64,000 nt of DNA from Promethearchaeati archaeon SRVP18_Atabeyarchaeia-1 (GTDB lineage: Archaea; Asgardarchaeota; Atabeyarchaeia; Atabeyarchaeales; Atabeyarchaeaceae): NCBI GenBank assembly GCA_037308085.1, contig CP147779.1, positions 896,001 to 960,000 on the forward strand, written 5' to 3'. Numbering within the stretch: the stretch's first letter is position 1; each line of letters opens with the position of its first letter. The notes under the pieces are model-generated. The model was not told the origin of the DNA. It searched no databases and saw nothing but the letters and a program-made list of their open reading frames with translations. Position numbers and translations under genes: made by a program. Shown in pieces: positions 19,010-27,560 of this stretch.

Positions 19010-19229
19010 CCGGAACCTAACCTCCAGACAGGTCTAGATGCGAGTACATTCACTCAGACTGTCACTTTGAGATCTACAACAGTTTATACTTTTGCCCTTA
19101 CCGATTTCTGACAGTTCCTGGGTGATGGTGAGGATTTCTTGAGTCGCTTTCAAGATAAGTCTGTGTAACCTCTACCTGTAATGAGCAACCAGGTAGCTAA
19201 TATTCCCATCAGTCTTTCTGGATGGGTGC

Positions 19230-19745
19230 TCAGAGTTTCTCAAATGCCTCTTTGAGTTGTCGATGCCATTTCCGGATCTTCTCTCTGTAAGCGACCTGCT
19301 CGTCAAGATCGAGATATCTCTCGGGATCCTTGGTTAACATCCTGGCAAGAATCTCCATCTCATATGTGTCGAAGTTCCCAATTCTCTTGTTGATTTCTTC
19401 TTTGGCTGAAGTCAAAGCTTTCGAAATCTCTATCGATGTGCTTCGTAGACTCTTGATCACTGTGCGGAGTATCCCGCTTGCTAAAACCTCTGATCGCTCC
19501 GCAAATAGCAGTTCTTCAGTCGGGGAAGAAGGGAAATCTAATGGTGGTCTCTGATCTTCAGGAACACCCAAGATGTCCATTAGAGTCATGATCAGCTTGA
19601 TATGGGATTCGCCGAGAGCTGAAATTCGGATGATAGCTTCTTCCAAGATGCGCAGTGACTTTGAGAGATTCCTATTCATACCCTCCATGGACTTCTTGAC
19701 CGAGGTCAATACTCTGAGGGTCTCATCTTCCTGATTCCGCGTCAT
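19230..19745 (-). CDS. Hypothetical helical protein (tandem paralog B)
   Basis: Collinear similarity to the 19784-20299 product. Confidence 0.75.
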   Translation of the reverse strand: MTRNQEDETLRVLTSVKKSMEGMNRNLSKSLRILEEAIIRISALGESHIKLIMTLMDILGVPEDQRPPLDFPSSPTEELLFAERSEVLASGILRTVIKSLRSTSIEISKALTSAKEEINKRIGNFDTYEMEILARMLTKDPERYLDLDEQVAYREKIRKWHRQLKEAFEKL

Positions 19746-19783
19746 TCCATTTCCCCAGCATCATCTCTATCCTTAGGTTGGGA

Positions 19784-20299
19784 TCACGATCCAGAGAAAG
19801 CGTTCCTCAAACGGAGAGTCCACTCTCTTATCTTGTTTCGGAGTGCTTCTTGTTCGTCGGAGCTGAGAAATCGATCGGGGGACTTGCTGAAATCTCTCGC
19901 GAGAATATCCATCTCTGCAAAATCAAAGTGGTCGGTTGCCTTGAGAATCTCCTCTTTTGAGCTATTGATGGCTCGAGCGATGTCCCCACATGGTTTTCTC
20001 AGGCTTCTGATTATTGGGCGCAGCAGTCCGCTCGCCATTGTCTCAGCTCTCGCAGCTCCCGATATCGCGCCCAGCTGCTCCGGGAGAGAAGTCAAAGAAG
20101 AGCCTAGCTCTTCAGGAATGCCCAGAATATCCATTATTGTCTCGGCCAATCTGGAATGGATTTCGCTGAGAGCTAATATCCGGGCGGTCGCCTCGTCTAG
20201 TCTTGCCAGCGCCTCAAGAAGCTTCTCATTTATCCTGTCGAAGGATCTCCGCATAGAGGCGAGCGTTTTTAGGGTTCTTCCCTCCGATTCCACGACCAT
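19784..20299 (-). CDS. Hypothetical helical protein (tandem paralog A)
   Basis: SD GAGGAGG before ATG 20299; paralogy with neighbour. Confidence 0.75.
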   Translation of the reverse strand: MVVESEGRTLKTLASMRRSFDRINEKLLEALARLDEATARILALSEIHSRLAETIMDILGIPEELGSSLTSLPEQLGAISGAARAETMASGLLRPIIRSLRKPCGDIARAINSSKEEILKATDHFDFAEMDILARDFSKSPDRFLSSDEQEALRNKIREWTLRLRNAFSGS

Positions 20300-20755
20300 T
20301 ATCAAGCGTCCTCCTCTTAATCTCTTCGAGCCGGAAACATCTCCCCGACAAATCGATCTATCTAGTAATTGAATGTTCAGTCTTACATCATTTTGGTTCC
20401 ATGATTGCCCAAGCACTCCAGATATATATGTATGGCGTGAGATTAGAAAACAGTTTCCATTCTCTTCTGGGCGGGCATTTCTTTATCCGAGGGTATCTCT
20501 TTCAAAAGCATTACTTCCCTTCTGTTATGGCAACAATCGCGGTTGGGCTGCGCCTGGTTTTCTTACCCAATGGAGTGACATAATTCGGTCCAGAATACTG
20601 GATCTTGTCCACAGCTCCTGATCGGGAAGAAGATTCTTATACTGTTTTACAGTTCCATTTTACGGGTCAAGCAAATATGCCCAGCACGTTGGTTTGGCGA
20701 GCTGAGAACTCTTCGTTTTGCGGATCTTGGCTGTAGTGGATTATGGTGACTGCCG

Positions 20756-22219
20756 ATGGCTCCCTCTGGTCTTAGCGATGGAAGGGCTTCAGTCGTGTCA
20801 GCTAAGACACCTGTGACTGATTCTGGTGAACTTATGAAATTCTTCTCGCCAAGGAATGTAGCGGTTGTCGGCGGTTCAAACAACCCAAGTAGGTTTGGCT
20901 ACAACGTCATGAAAAATCTTATTGAGGCGGGTTTTGACGGAAACATATATCCTGTGAGCCTCAAGGAAGACTCCGTGTTTGGAAAGCGCGCGTATAGAAG
21001 CGTGCTAGACATACCTGGATCAATAGACCTTGCGGTCATTATCATACCTGCAGCTACAGTTCCAGATGCCATTGAAGAATGTGGAAAGAAGAGGATTAGT
21101 GCTGTCAGTGTACTTTCTGGGGGATTCAGTGAGGTCGGAAGCAGGGGAGTGGAACTCGAAAAAGAGATTTCTGGGATTGCCAAGAAGTATGGAATTAGAA
21201 TAGTAGGACCAAACTGCGTTGGCACAATGAACACTTACAGCAATCTGAATGCGTCATTCATAATGTACGCAGCGAAGGGCAATCTTGGACTCATCACTCA
21301 AAGCGGAGCACTTGGGGCAAGCTGCTCCTACATCTCAAGAAGAGAGATGCTGGGTTTCAGCAAATTCGTGAACCTGGGAAATGCCTGTGATGTATCGGTC
21401 CCAGAGGTGATAAGGCACTACGCATTAGACCCGGAAACCTCTGTCATCGGGATATATTTGGAGGGCGTGAAAGATGGTCGCAAGTTCGTTGACGCAATAG
21501 GCGAGGCAACACCCGTCAAACCAATAATCATCGTCAAGGCTGGTCGAACAGAAGCAGGAGCCAAAGCCGCGTCGTCCCACACAGGATCACTTGCGGGATC
21601 AGATAAGATCTATGAGGGACTATTCAGGCAAAAGGGGGTAGTCAGGGCCAACTCGCTATTTGAACTCATAGACATAGCCAAAGCCTTCACCAAGCAACCA
21701 CTGCCAAAGGGAAAACGCGTAGGGATAATAACCAACGCGGGAGGCGCGGGTGTGCTAGCCACGGATGCCTCCTCAGAGAGAGGCTTGATCGTCCCATCAC
21801 TATCAGAGGAGACCATAGGTAAGCTCAAATCATTTCTCCCAGATGTTGCCACCCTAGTCAACCCCGTCGACATCATAGCAAGCGCCAATAAAGAAATCTA
21901 CCGAAGGACAACAGAAACTGTTGGTTCCGACAAGAATGTAGATGCTCTGATAGTCAATTGCGTAGTTCCGACTTTCTTGGGCATGAAACCTAGCGAGCAT
22001 GCCGAAGGAGTTGCCGAAGCATACCAGAACAACCTCAAGGGTTTCGGAAAACCGATAGTCTGCTGCTGGATGGCCGGAGACCTCGCCGACCCTGGAAGAG
22101 AAATCCTCGAAAACGCAGGCATTCCAGCATACGCCTCGCCAGAGAAAGCGGCAATCGCCCTGTCATGCATGGCGGGTTACCGAGAATTCGCCGAAAGAGT
22201 GAGACTGAAAGGAAAATAG
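20756..22219 (+). CDS. acdA: ADP-forming acyl-CoA synthetase alpha subunit
   Basis: GPNCVG, TQSGA, KAGRT...AASSHTGSLAG (phospho-His), TNAGGAG, NPVD; true start may be slightly downstream. Confidence 0.9.
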   Translation: MAPSGLSDGRASVVSAKTPVTDSGELMKFFSPRNVAVVGGSNNPSRFGYNVMKNLIEAGFDGNIYPVSLKEDSVFGKRAYRSVLDIPGSIDLAVIIIPAATVPDAIEECGKKRISAVSVLSGGFSEVGSRGVELEKEISGIAKKYGIRIVGPNCVGTMNTYSNLNASFIMYAAKGNLGLITQSGALGASCSYISRREMLGFSKFVNLGNACDVSVPEVIRHYALDPETSVIGIYLEGVKDGRKFVDAIGEATPVKPIIIVKAGRTEAGAKAASSHTGSLAGSDKIYEGLFRQKGVVRANSLFELIDIAKAFTKQPLPKGKRVGIITNAGGAGVLATDASSERGLIVPSLSEETIGKLKSFLPDVATLVNPVDIIASANKEIYRRTTETVGSDKNVDALIVNCVVPTFLGMKPSEHAEGVAEAYQNNLKGFGKPIVCCWMAGDLADPGREILENAGIPAYASPEKAAIALSCMAGYREFAERVRLKGK

Positions 22220-22285
22220 TTACCTAGGGACGCCTGCATAGCAGAAAATCATTGGAGGCTGAAGTCGAGGCCATTCTACTCAAGC

Positions 22286-23386
22286 TTGCCCGAGCTTATC
22301 CAGAAATCGACAATGAGTAACCTGTGGCATGGCCAAGTAATGGTGGAAGTATTGTCAAGCCATTCCAAGACCTTCAGAGAAGGAGATTTCATCGAAAACC
22401 GCGACAAGCTGATCTTTGATGTCAAGGGAATGCTGCATCCGCCGGACAGAGTGATAGCTTTCCTCAGGTACTACCCCTCCAGCATTGGAGGAAGGGAAAG
22501 GGGAGGAATAAGATACGAGAAAGTCTACTCTCTGGTTGAGCGTTTCAGTATCCTGAAGAGCAAGGCACCTTCGTACGTATACTTTGACAAGGTTTTGGGC
22601 TCGGTCATGCAGGGAGTTCCGGTGGGAGATGTGCAACGCCTTTACCAGCCAATCGAGAAGTTAATGGAAATGTCGGCTGCCCGGGGGAATCTGGATCCAG
22701 TTCAAAGACAATCCTTGGACTTCTGCGAACTATTGTCCAAGTCGGCAGGCATTGCTCTGAACAAGCTCGGGGTAACAGGCTCAATCCTTGTCGGGCTTCA
22801 CGGCAAGGATTCCGACATTGACGTGATCGTATATGGCACAAGAAGCTGTTCCTCCGTGTATAGAGCAATCGGCTCGCTCTATTCGGATTCGGAGTCACAG
22901 GTAAGGGCATACACCAAGGACGAACTCGAGAAACTTTTCAGGTTCAGGGCATCGGACACATACACAGAGTGGGAGTCATTCCTACGAACAGAAAGCAGGA
23001 GAAGGCTCCAAGGGATTTTCAGGGGGCGTGACTATTTTCTCCGTTTCATTAAGGACTGGGGGGAGGTGCCTGGACACTATGGCGACGCGGTTTACAGTTC
23101 CTTGGGCAAAGCGACGATAAGAGCCAAGGTGATCGATGATACTGAGTCACTCTTTACACCGTGCTCTTACAAGGTCAGGGATACTAGGTTCGTAAGTGAA
23201 GAAAACCACAATCAAGCGCCGATTGGTGAAATCTGCTCCTTCAGAGGGCGATTCTGCGAAATAGCCAGAAGAGAAGAATACGTGACAGGCAGGGGGAAAC
23301 TGGAACTCGTAAGCTATAAGTCGGGCGACAGCCACACTCGCCTGGTGGTTGGCGAAGACAAAGAAGATTTTCTGACCCTGCTTTGA
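22286..23386 (+). CDS. Predicted archaeal nucleotidyltransferase (paralog 1)
   Basis: HPPDRVIAFLRY, GVTGSILVG...SDIDVIVYG Pol-beta NTase motif. Confidence 0.8.
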   Translation: MPELIQKSTMSNLWHGQVMVEVLSSHSKTFREGDFIENRDKLIFDVKGMLHPPDRVIAFLRYYPSSIGGRERGGIRYEKVYSLVERFSILKSKAPSYVYFDKVLGSVMQGVPVGDVQRLYQPIEKLMEMSAARGNLDPVQRQSLDFCELLSKSAGIALNKLGVTGSILVGLHGKDSDIDVIVYGTRSCSSVYRAIGSLYSDSESQVRAYTKDELEKLFRFRASDTYTEWESFLRTESRRRLQGIFRGRDYFLRFIKDWGEVPGHYGDAVYSSLGKATIRAKVIDDTESLFTPCSYKVRDTRFVSEENHNQAPIGEICSFRGRFCEIARREEYVTGRGKLELVSYKSGDSHTRLVVGEDKEDFLTLL

Positions 23387-23428
23387 AGCGCCGACAAGAA
23401 ACATGGGAACCGGAGGGGAACCGCCGCA

Positions 23429-24490
23429 ATGGAAGTGTCAAGGAAACCCAAAGACCGTGACTTCGTGAGAACCAACGATGATCTGCTGTTCTGTGTCGTC
23501 GGGTATAGTCACCCGCCTGATAGACTACTCGCTTACCTCAAGTACGTTCCGAGTGAGAAGGGGCTATGGGCTTCAGGTAGTCAGCACTTTCAGAGAATGA
23601 TACCGTTCTACTCTTCCAAAGTGGTGAGCAGCACATTCTCTTACTTGAAGGAGAAATACCCGCAGTACCTATTCTACTCCCCAGTAAATAGCATAACCTT
23701 CTCCGCCGTCCCGCATTCCGAAATCAAGGAATACTATAAACCAGAACAGAAACTGGGAGAGATGATCGAAAGGGGATCAGAGCTTGACAAACTGCAGGAA
23801 AAAGCTATCGGGCTTGCAGAATACCTGTCTGCGGAATCTGGGGTGCCTATTGACAAGATCGGTGTTACCGGCTCAATATTGCTCGGAATACAGAACGTCT
23901 CAATATCAGATATCGACTTGACTATATACGGACGGCACAATTCTCTACTCCTCAAGCAAGCTCTGATCCAAGAACACGGGAAGACTGGAAGCGCAATAAG
24001 AAAACTAACCAAAGACCAGTCTAACGAATGGTGCAGAAAGAAAGCAAAGCAGTTCTCAATTGACTACCTATCAGCAAAAAAAATTCTTAGCAGAAAGTGG
24101 AACTTCGGATTCTACATGCAGAAAGCATTCTCAGTTCACCCAACGAAGCTCGACGCCGAGATAACCGAGAGGTACGGTGAACCGCAGTTCATTGCTGGGG
24201 AAAATGTGGAGATCGTAGCTAGGGTTGAAGATAACACGCAGGCCATTTTCAACCCCTCGACTTACAGGGTAGGCGAAGTCCAGATTCTCAAGGGGCCAAC
24301 CGTCGCCGACTTGGAAGAGGTAGTCTCCTTCGAAGGAGTATTCTCGGACATTGCTTCTCCCGGTGAAAGAATCAAGGTGAAAGGCAAGCTGGAACTAGTT
24401 ACAAACACAAGAATCGGGGGGAAGTACCACAGAGTCGTAGTGGGCTCGGATAACGTGTCCCTCCCAGAATACTTACTTCCTATTCACTGA
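23429..24490 (+). CDS. Predicted archaeal nucleotidyltransferase (paralog 2)
   Basis: HPPDRLLAYLKY, GVTGSILLG...SDIDLTIYG. Confidence 0.8.
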   Translation: MEVSRKPKDRDFVRTNDDLLFCVVGYSHPPDRLLAYLKYVPSEKGLWASGSQHFQRMIPFYSSKVVSSTFSYLKEKYPQYLFYSPVNSITFSAVPHSEIKEYYKPEQKLGEMIERGSELDKLQEKAIGLAEYLSAESGVPIDKIGVTGSILLGIQNVSISDIDLTIYGRHNSLLLKQALIQEHGKTGSAIRKLTKDQSNEWCRKKAKQFSIDYLSAKKILSRKWNFGFYMQKAFSVHPTKLDAEITERYGEPQFIAGENVEIVARVEDNTQAIFNPSTYRVGEVQILKGPTVADLEEVVSFEGVFSDIASPGERIKVKGKLELVTNTRIGGKYHRVVVGSDNVSLPEYLLPIH

Positions 24491-24556
24491 TCGAGATCAT
24501 GCGAACCAGAATACTTCTCAATCAGACACAAAGAGGCTTCGGAAAGGCGTTGCACG

Positions 24557-24613
24557 CCTGTCCCTGCCGGCAGCCCTGTTCATTAAGGTTTCACACCGGC
24601 TAGTTCATCCAGA
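24557..24613 (-). ncRNA. SECIS candidate of vhuU (AUGA/GA core overlapping the stop codon)
   Basis: Minus strand: UCUG-G-AUGA-A-CUAGCCGGUGU-GAAA-CCU-UAAUGAAC-AGG-GCUGCCGGCAG-G-GA-CAGG; same layout as the selD element. Confidence 0.65.
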
Positions 24614-24754
24614 TCCGATTTGAACTTCTTTGTTCATTAGCTCTTTACCATTCTCGTCAACCACGAGGAGATGGGCTGCGCATGAAAGTCAGCAATCGTA
24701 ACAGCGCACTACCATTTCCAGGAGGTTGAGTACTTTCTCGTCGACTTCTGGCAT
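24605..24754 (-). CDS. vhuU: VhuU selenoprotein, [NiFe(Se)] hydrogenase small peptide subunit
   Basis: Manual translation [49 protein letters not shown]; in-frame TGA at 24689-24691 at the Ni-ligand position; SD GAGGA; absent from ORF track. Confidence 0.9.
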
Positions 24755-24784
24755 CGGTTTATTTTCCTCTAGTTTCTGTGAGTC

Positions 24785-26149
24785 CTAAGCTGCGATCATA
24801 GGCTTCGGCAGCTTCAACTTTTCATGTGCCTTGTCTTCAATCACCTGCTTTGCAATGATCTTCAGAGACTTCTCTATTGCCCCGATGTTGTGGTTCGTGG
24901 CAACTATCAGGTTTGCCTTGGTAATTATTCCTTCCTTGTCTGTCCAGTAATTGTGTATAAGAGTCCCTCTTGGCGCTTCCACCACTCCAACTCCGCACCC
25001 CTCGAGCGGCTCGACCGTTTCGAGCTTATAGTCCTTGCTGACAATGTCTGGATCCTCGAGCAGTCTCTTGGCACTCCCCACAGCGTCAAGTAACTCGATA
25101 ACCCTCGCCCAGTGATACGCGAATGTTGCATGGCAGGGTCTTCCAAGCTTATCTCTGAACTGCTTAAGCGCTTCGTTTCCACGGGGAGTAGCCATCTTGT
25201 CAACGACGTTTATTCTCGCCAATGGACCTGCTCTCCAAATGCCGTTGGGGTACCCTGCTGGCTTATAGAATAGGTGTGTGGCATAGCAATGGGGAACTAC
25301 CTTTTCTCCCGCGACATCCATGTATTTGCTGCTTGGGACGTCAGCCTCAATCTTTCCCGAGGGCGACATGACTCTAATGTTGCCATCATAGAAGTTGTGT
25401 ACGCCATTCTTCGCTAATCCAATGTAGTATGTGTCTACGACGCCGATCTTTGTTACAACATCCCAGTAGTCTTGGACTATTTTCTGCAGTAGCCCAGCGC
25501 TGAACTCGGCTAGCTCCATTGCCCTATCCATCCTTTTTATCCACTCGTCTCTCTGCTCTTCTGTTAGTCCCTTTGTCATGCCTCCGGGTATTGCTGTGAC
25601 TGGGTGGACTGATTTCCCTCCAACGACTGCGCACAACTCTTGGCCATGCTTCATTAGTTCAATAGCCTTCTTTCCTGCATCAGGGAGCTTGCTGATGACC
25701 GTCACAACGTTGCGGGTCTCCGGTGGAGCGAAGGGTCCCAGAAGGAAGTCCGGTGCAGCTAGAACGTAGAGGTGAAGTGCGTGACTGCTAATCTGCTTCG
25801 CCAGGAGAAGCAACTCTCTCAGCTTCTTCGCTGGTTCAGGCGGGTTGACTTTCCAAGCATCTTCAACAGCCTTCACAGAGGCTAGGTGGTGAGGTTCGGG
25901 GCAGATGCCACATATGCGAGGCGCTATAATGCGGGCATCTTCCGCCAATCTGCCTTCAAGAAACTTCTCGAAGAATCTCGTGGAGTTGACGTTGAACTGA
26001 ACGTCAGCGACTTTTCCCTTATTCATCTTTATTGTTATCGAGCCGTGCCCCTCAAGGCGAGTTATGGGTTCGATCTTGATCTCGTCTTCCTTTTGTTCCT
26101 TAGCCACACTTTCCTTCTGCTCCTTGGCAACGCTCGCTCTACTTTTCAT
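24785..26149 (-). CDS. vhuA: F420-non-reducing hydrogenase large subunit, split type lacking L2
   Basis: EPITRLEGHG, RICGICPEPHH (L1), EAPRGTLIHNY; ends without DPCxxC. Confidence 0.92.
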   Translation of the reverse strand: MKSRASVAKEQKESVAKEQKEDEIKIEPITRLEGHGSITIKMNKGKVADVQFNVNSTRFFEKFLEGRLAEDARIIAPRICGICPEPHHLASVKAVEDAWKVNPPEPAKKLRELLLLAKQISSHALHLYVLAAPDFLLGPFAPPETRNVVTVISKLPDAGKKAIELMKHGQELCAVVGGKSVHPVTAIPGGMTKGLTEEQRDEWIKRMDRAMELAEFSAGLLQKIVQDYWDVVTKIGVVDTYYIGLAKNGVHNFYDGNIRVMSPSGKIEADVPSSKYMDVAGEKVVPHCYATHLFYKPAGYPNGIWRAGPLARINVVDKMATPRGNEALKQFRDKLGRPCHATFAYHWARVIELLDAVGSAKRLLEDPDIVSKDYKLETVEPLEGCGVGVVEAPRGTLIHNYWTDKEGIITKANLIVATNHNIGAIEKSLKIIAKQVIEDKAHEKLKLPKPMIAA

Positions 26150-27056
26150 CTTTTCTCACACTCCTGAGCTTGGAAAGCGCTGATGAAGCATATGTGAACT
26201 TGTATAGTTGCCCTACAGGGTCTCTGAACGAACCAAGCATCTTCTGCAGATCCATGTCTGCTATCCCCCCGAATGTTCCGATTAGCCTTGACCCCTGATC
26301 AATTACCCCTTCAGGAGGGCCGCTACACCCCTGACATGGATTGTTCGCTGTTGGACACTGAGCGCCACATCCTGCACGGGTTCCAGGACCCATACAGAGA
26401 TAGCCCTGATTCAGAAGGCACTTCTCCGGATCTGGTCTCCCTTCAAAGTCTCTGTGAAACACCTTGATATTCTTCTCTTCCTTCTTTCTCTCACACTCAT
26501 CGCAGACGCTCTTTATTGAATGTTCAATGGGCTTCCCATTTAGAAGCGACAGAGTAGCGCTAGCGATCTGTTCGGACGTGGGAGGGCAGCCCGGAAGGTA
26601 TGCATCAACCTTGACAAGCTGGTCATTACGAGGGACGAACTTGTTAATCCCAGGAACATTTTCAGACGGGATTATGCCTTTTTCGAGGACTGTCTCAGAC
26701 TTTATGTACTTCCTTTCAAAAAGATCCTTCCTGGGATACAGGTTTGCTATGCTTGGTACTCCACCATAGGTCGAGCACGTGCCAAGGGCAACTAGTGCCT
26801 TGGCCTTTTCCCTGCATAGCTTCAGGAGATGCACATCCTCTTGAGTGCGGCAGAGCCCCTCAACGAACGCCGCATCGACCCCACCTTTAGGCAACTTCTC
26901 CAAGTGTTCAAGCTTGAAATCAACTGCGGCGACCCAGTATTGAATGTCGAGCAGAGGCAGTACGTCAAGCAGTTTCTCATTCAGATCCAGAAGTGATTGG
27001 TGACATCCCCAACAGCTTGATAACTGCATGAAAATGACTTTCGCTTTGTTAGGCAT
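26139..27056 (-). CDS. mvhG: F420-non-reducing hydrogenase small subunit
   Basis: SCWGCH, LGTCS, PGCPP, CDEC, CLL..GYLCMGPGTRAGCGAQC..CQGC. Confidence 0.92.
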   Translation of the reverse strand: MPNKAKVIFMQLSSCWGCHQSLLDLNEKLLDVLPLLDIQYWVAAVDFKLEHLEKLPKGGVDAAFVEGLCRTQEDVHLLKLCREKAKALVALGTCSTYGGVPSIANLYPRKDLFERKYIKSETVLEKGIIPSENVPGINKFVPRNDQLVKVDAYLPGCPPTSEQIASATLSLLNGKPIEHSIKSVCDECERKKEEKNIKVFHRDFEGRPDPEKCLLNQGYLCMGPGTRAGCGAQCPTANNPCQGCSGPPEGVIDQGSRLIGTFGGIADMDLQKMLGSFRDPVGQLYKFTYASSALSKLRSVRKDEK

Positions 27057-27073
27057 GATTTTTCCACTTCCTC

Positions 27074-27547
27074 TCAAAGCAGATCCTTTTCGTCCAGAGT
27101 CTTCCCTGGTTTACTACCTCTCAGCGGGTTCGGACCGATTTTCTTGAGTACTCCAACGTAGTCTCTCATGACTTCGGCTAACTTGCTTCCCTCACTTGCA
27201 GATATCCACTCAAGCCGAATCCGCTCAGGCTCAAAGCCTGCCTGCTGGACGAGCTTCCTCAAGAGATGCACGCGGCGTTCGGTCTTGTAGTTCCCATTGA
27301 CGTAGTGGCAGTCGCCCGGGTGACACCCTGAGACAAGTACCCCATCGGCGCCGAGTTCCAGCCCCTTGATCATGTAGGCTGGATCAAGACGGCTTGTGCA
27401 CATGACTCTGACAAGTCTCAGGTTAGGAGGATACTGTATTCTGCTGGTGCCAGCCATATCGGCGCCGGCGTAGGTGCACCAGTTGCATACGAGGCCAAGT
27501 ACGAATGGTTCAAATCCGTCGTTTTTTCCGCTACTTTCCTTGGTCAC
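27074..27547 (-). CDS. mvhD: Hydrogenase [2Fe-2S] subunit MvhD (Cys form)
   Basis: CNWCTYAGAD, RVMCTSR, GCHPGDCHY, WISASEG. Confidence 0.95.
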   Translation of the reverse strand: MTKESSGKNDGFEPFVLGLVCNWCTYAGADMAGTSRIQYPPNLRLVRVMCTSRLDPAYMIKGLELGADGVLVSGCHPGDCHYVNGNYKTERRVHLLRKLVQQAGFEPERIRLEWISASEGSKLAEVMRDYVGVLKKIGPNPLRGSKPGKTLDEKDLL

Positions 27548-27560
27548 CTAATACCCTCTC

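Noticed and set aside
24518-24607. Readthrough of the second vhuU UGA as another Sec
   Set aside because: It lies in the tail expected to be cleaved, the downstream peptide has no recognisable motif, and the codon forms the SECIS core
24785-26149. Hydrogenase large subunit as a truncated pseudogene
   Set aside because: The missing L2 motif is encoded by the downstream vhuU gene
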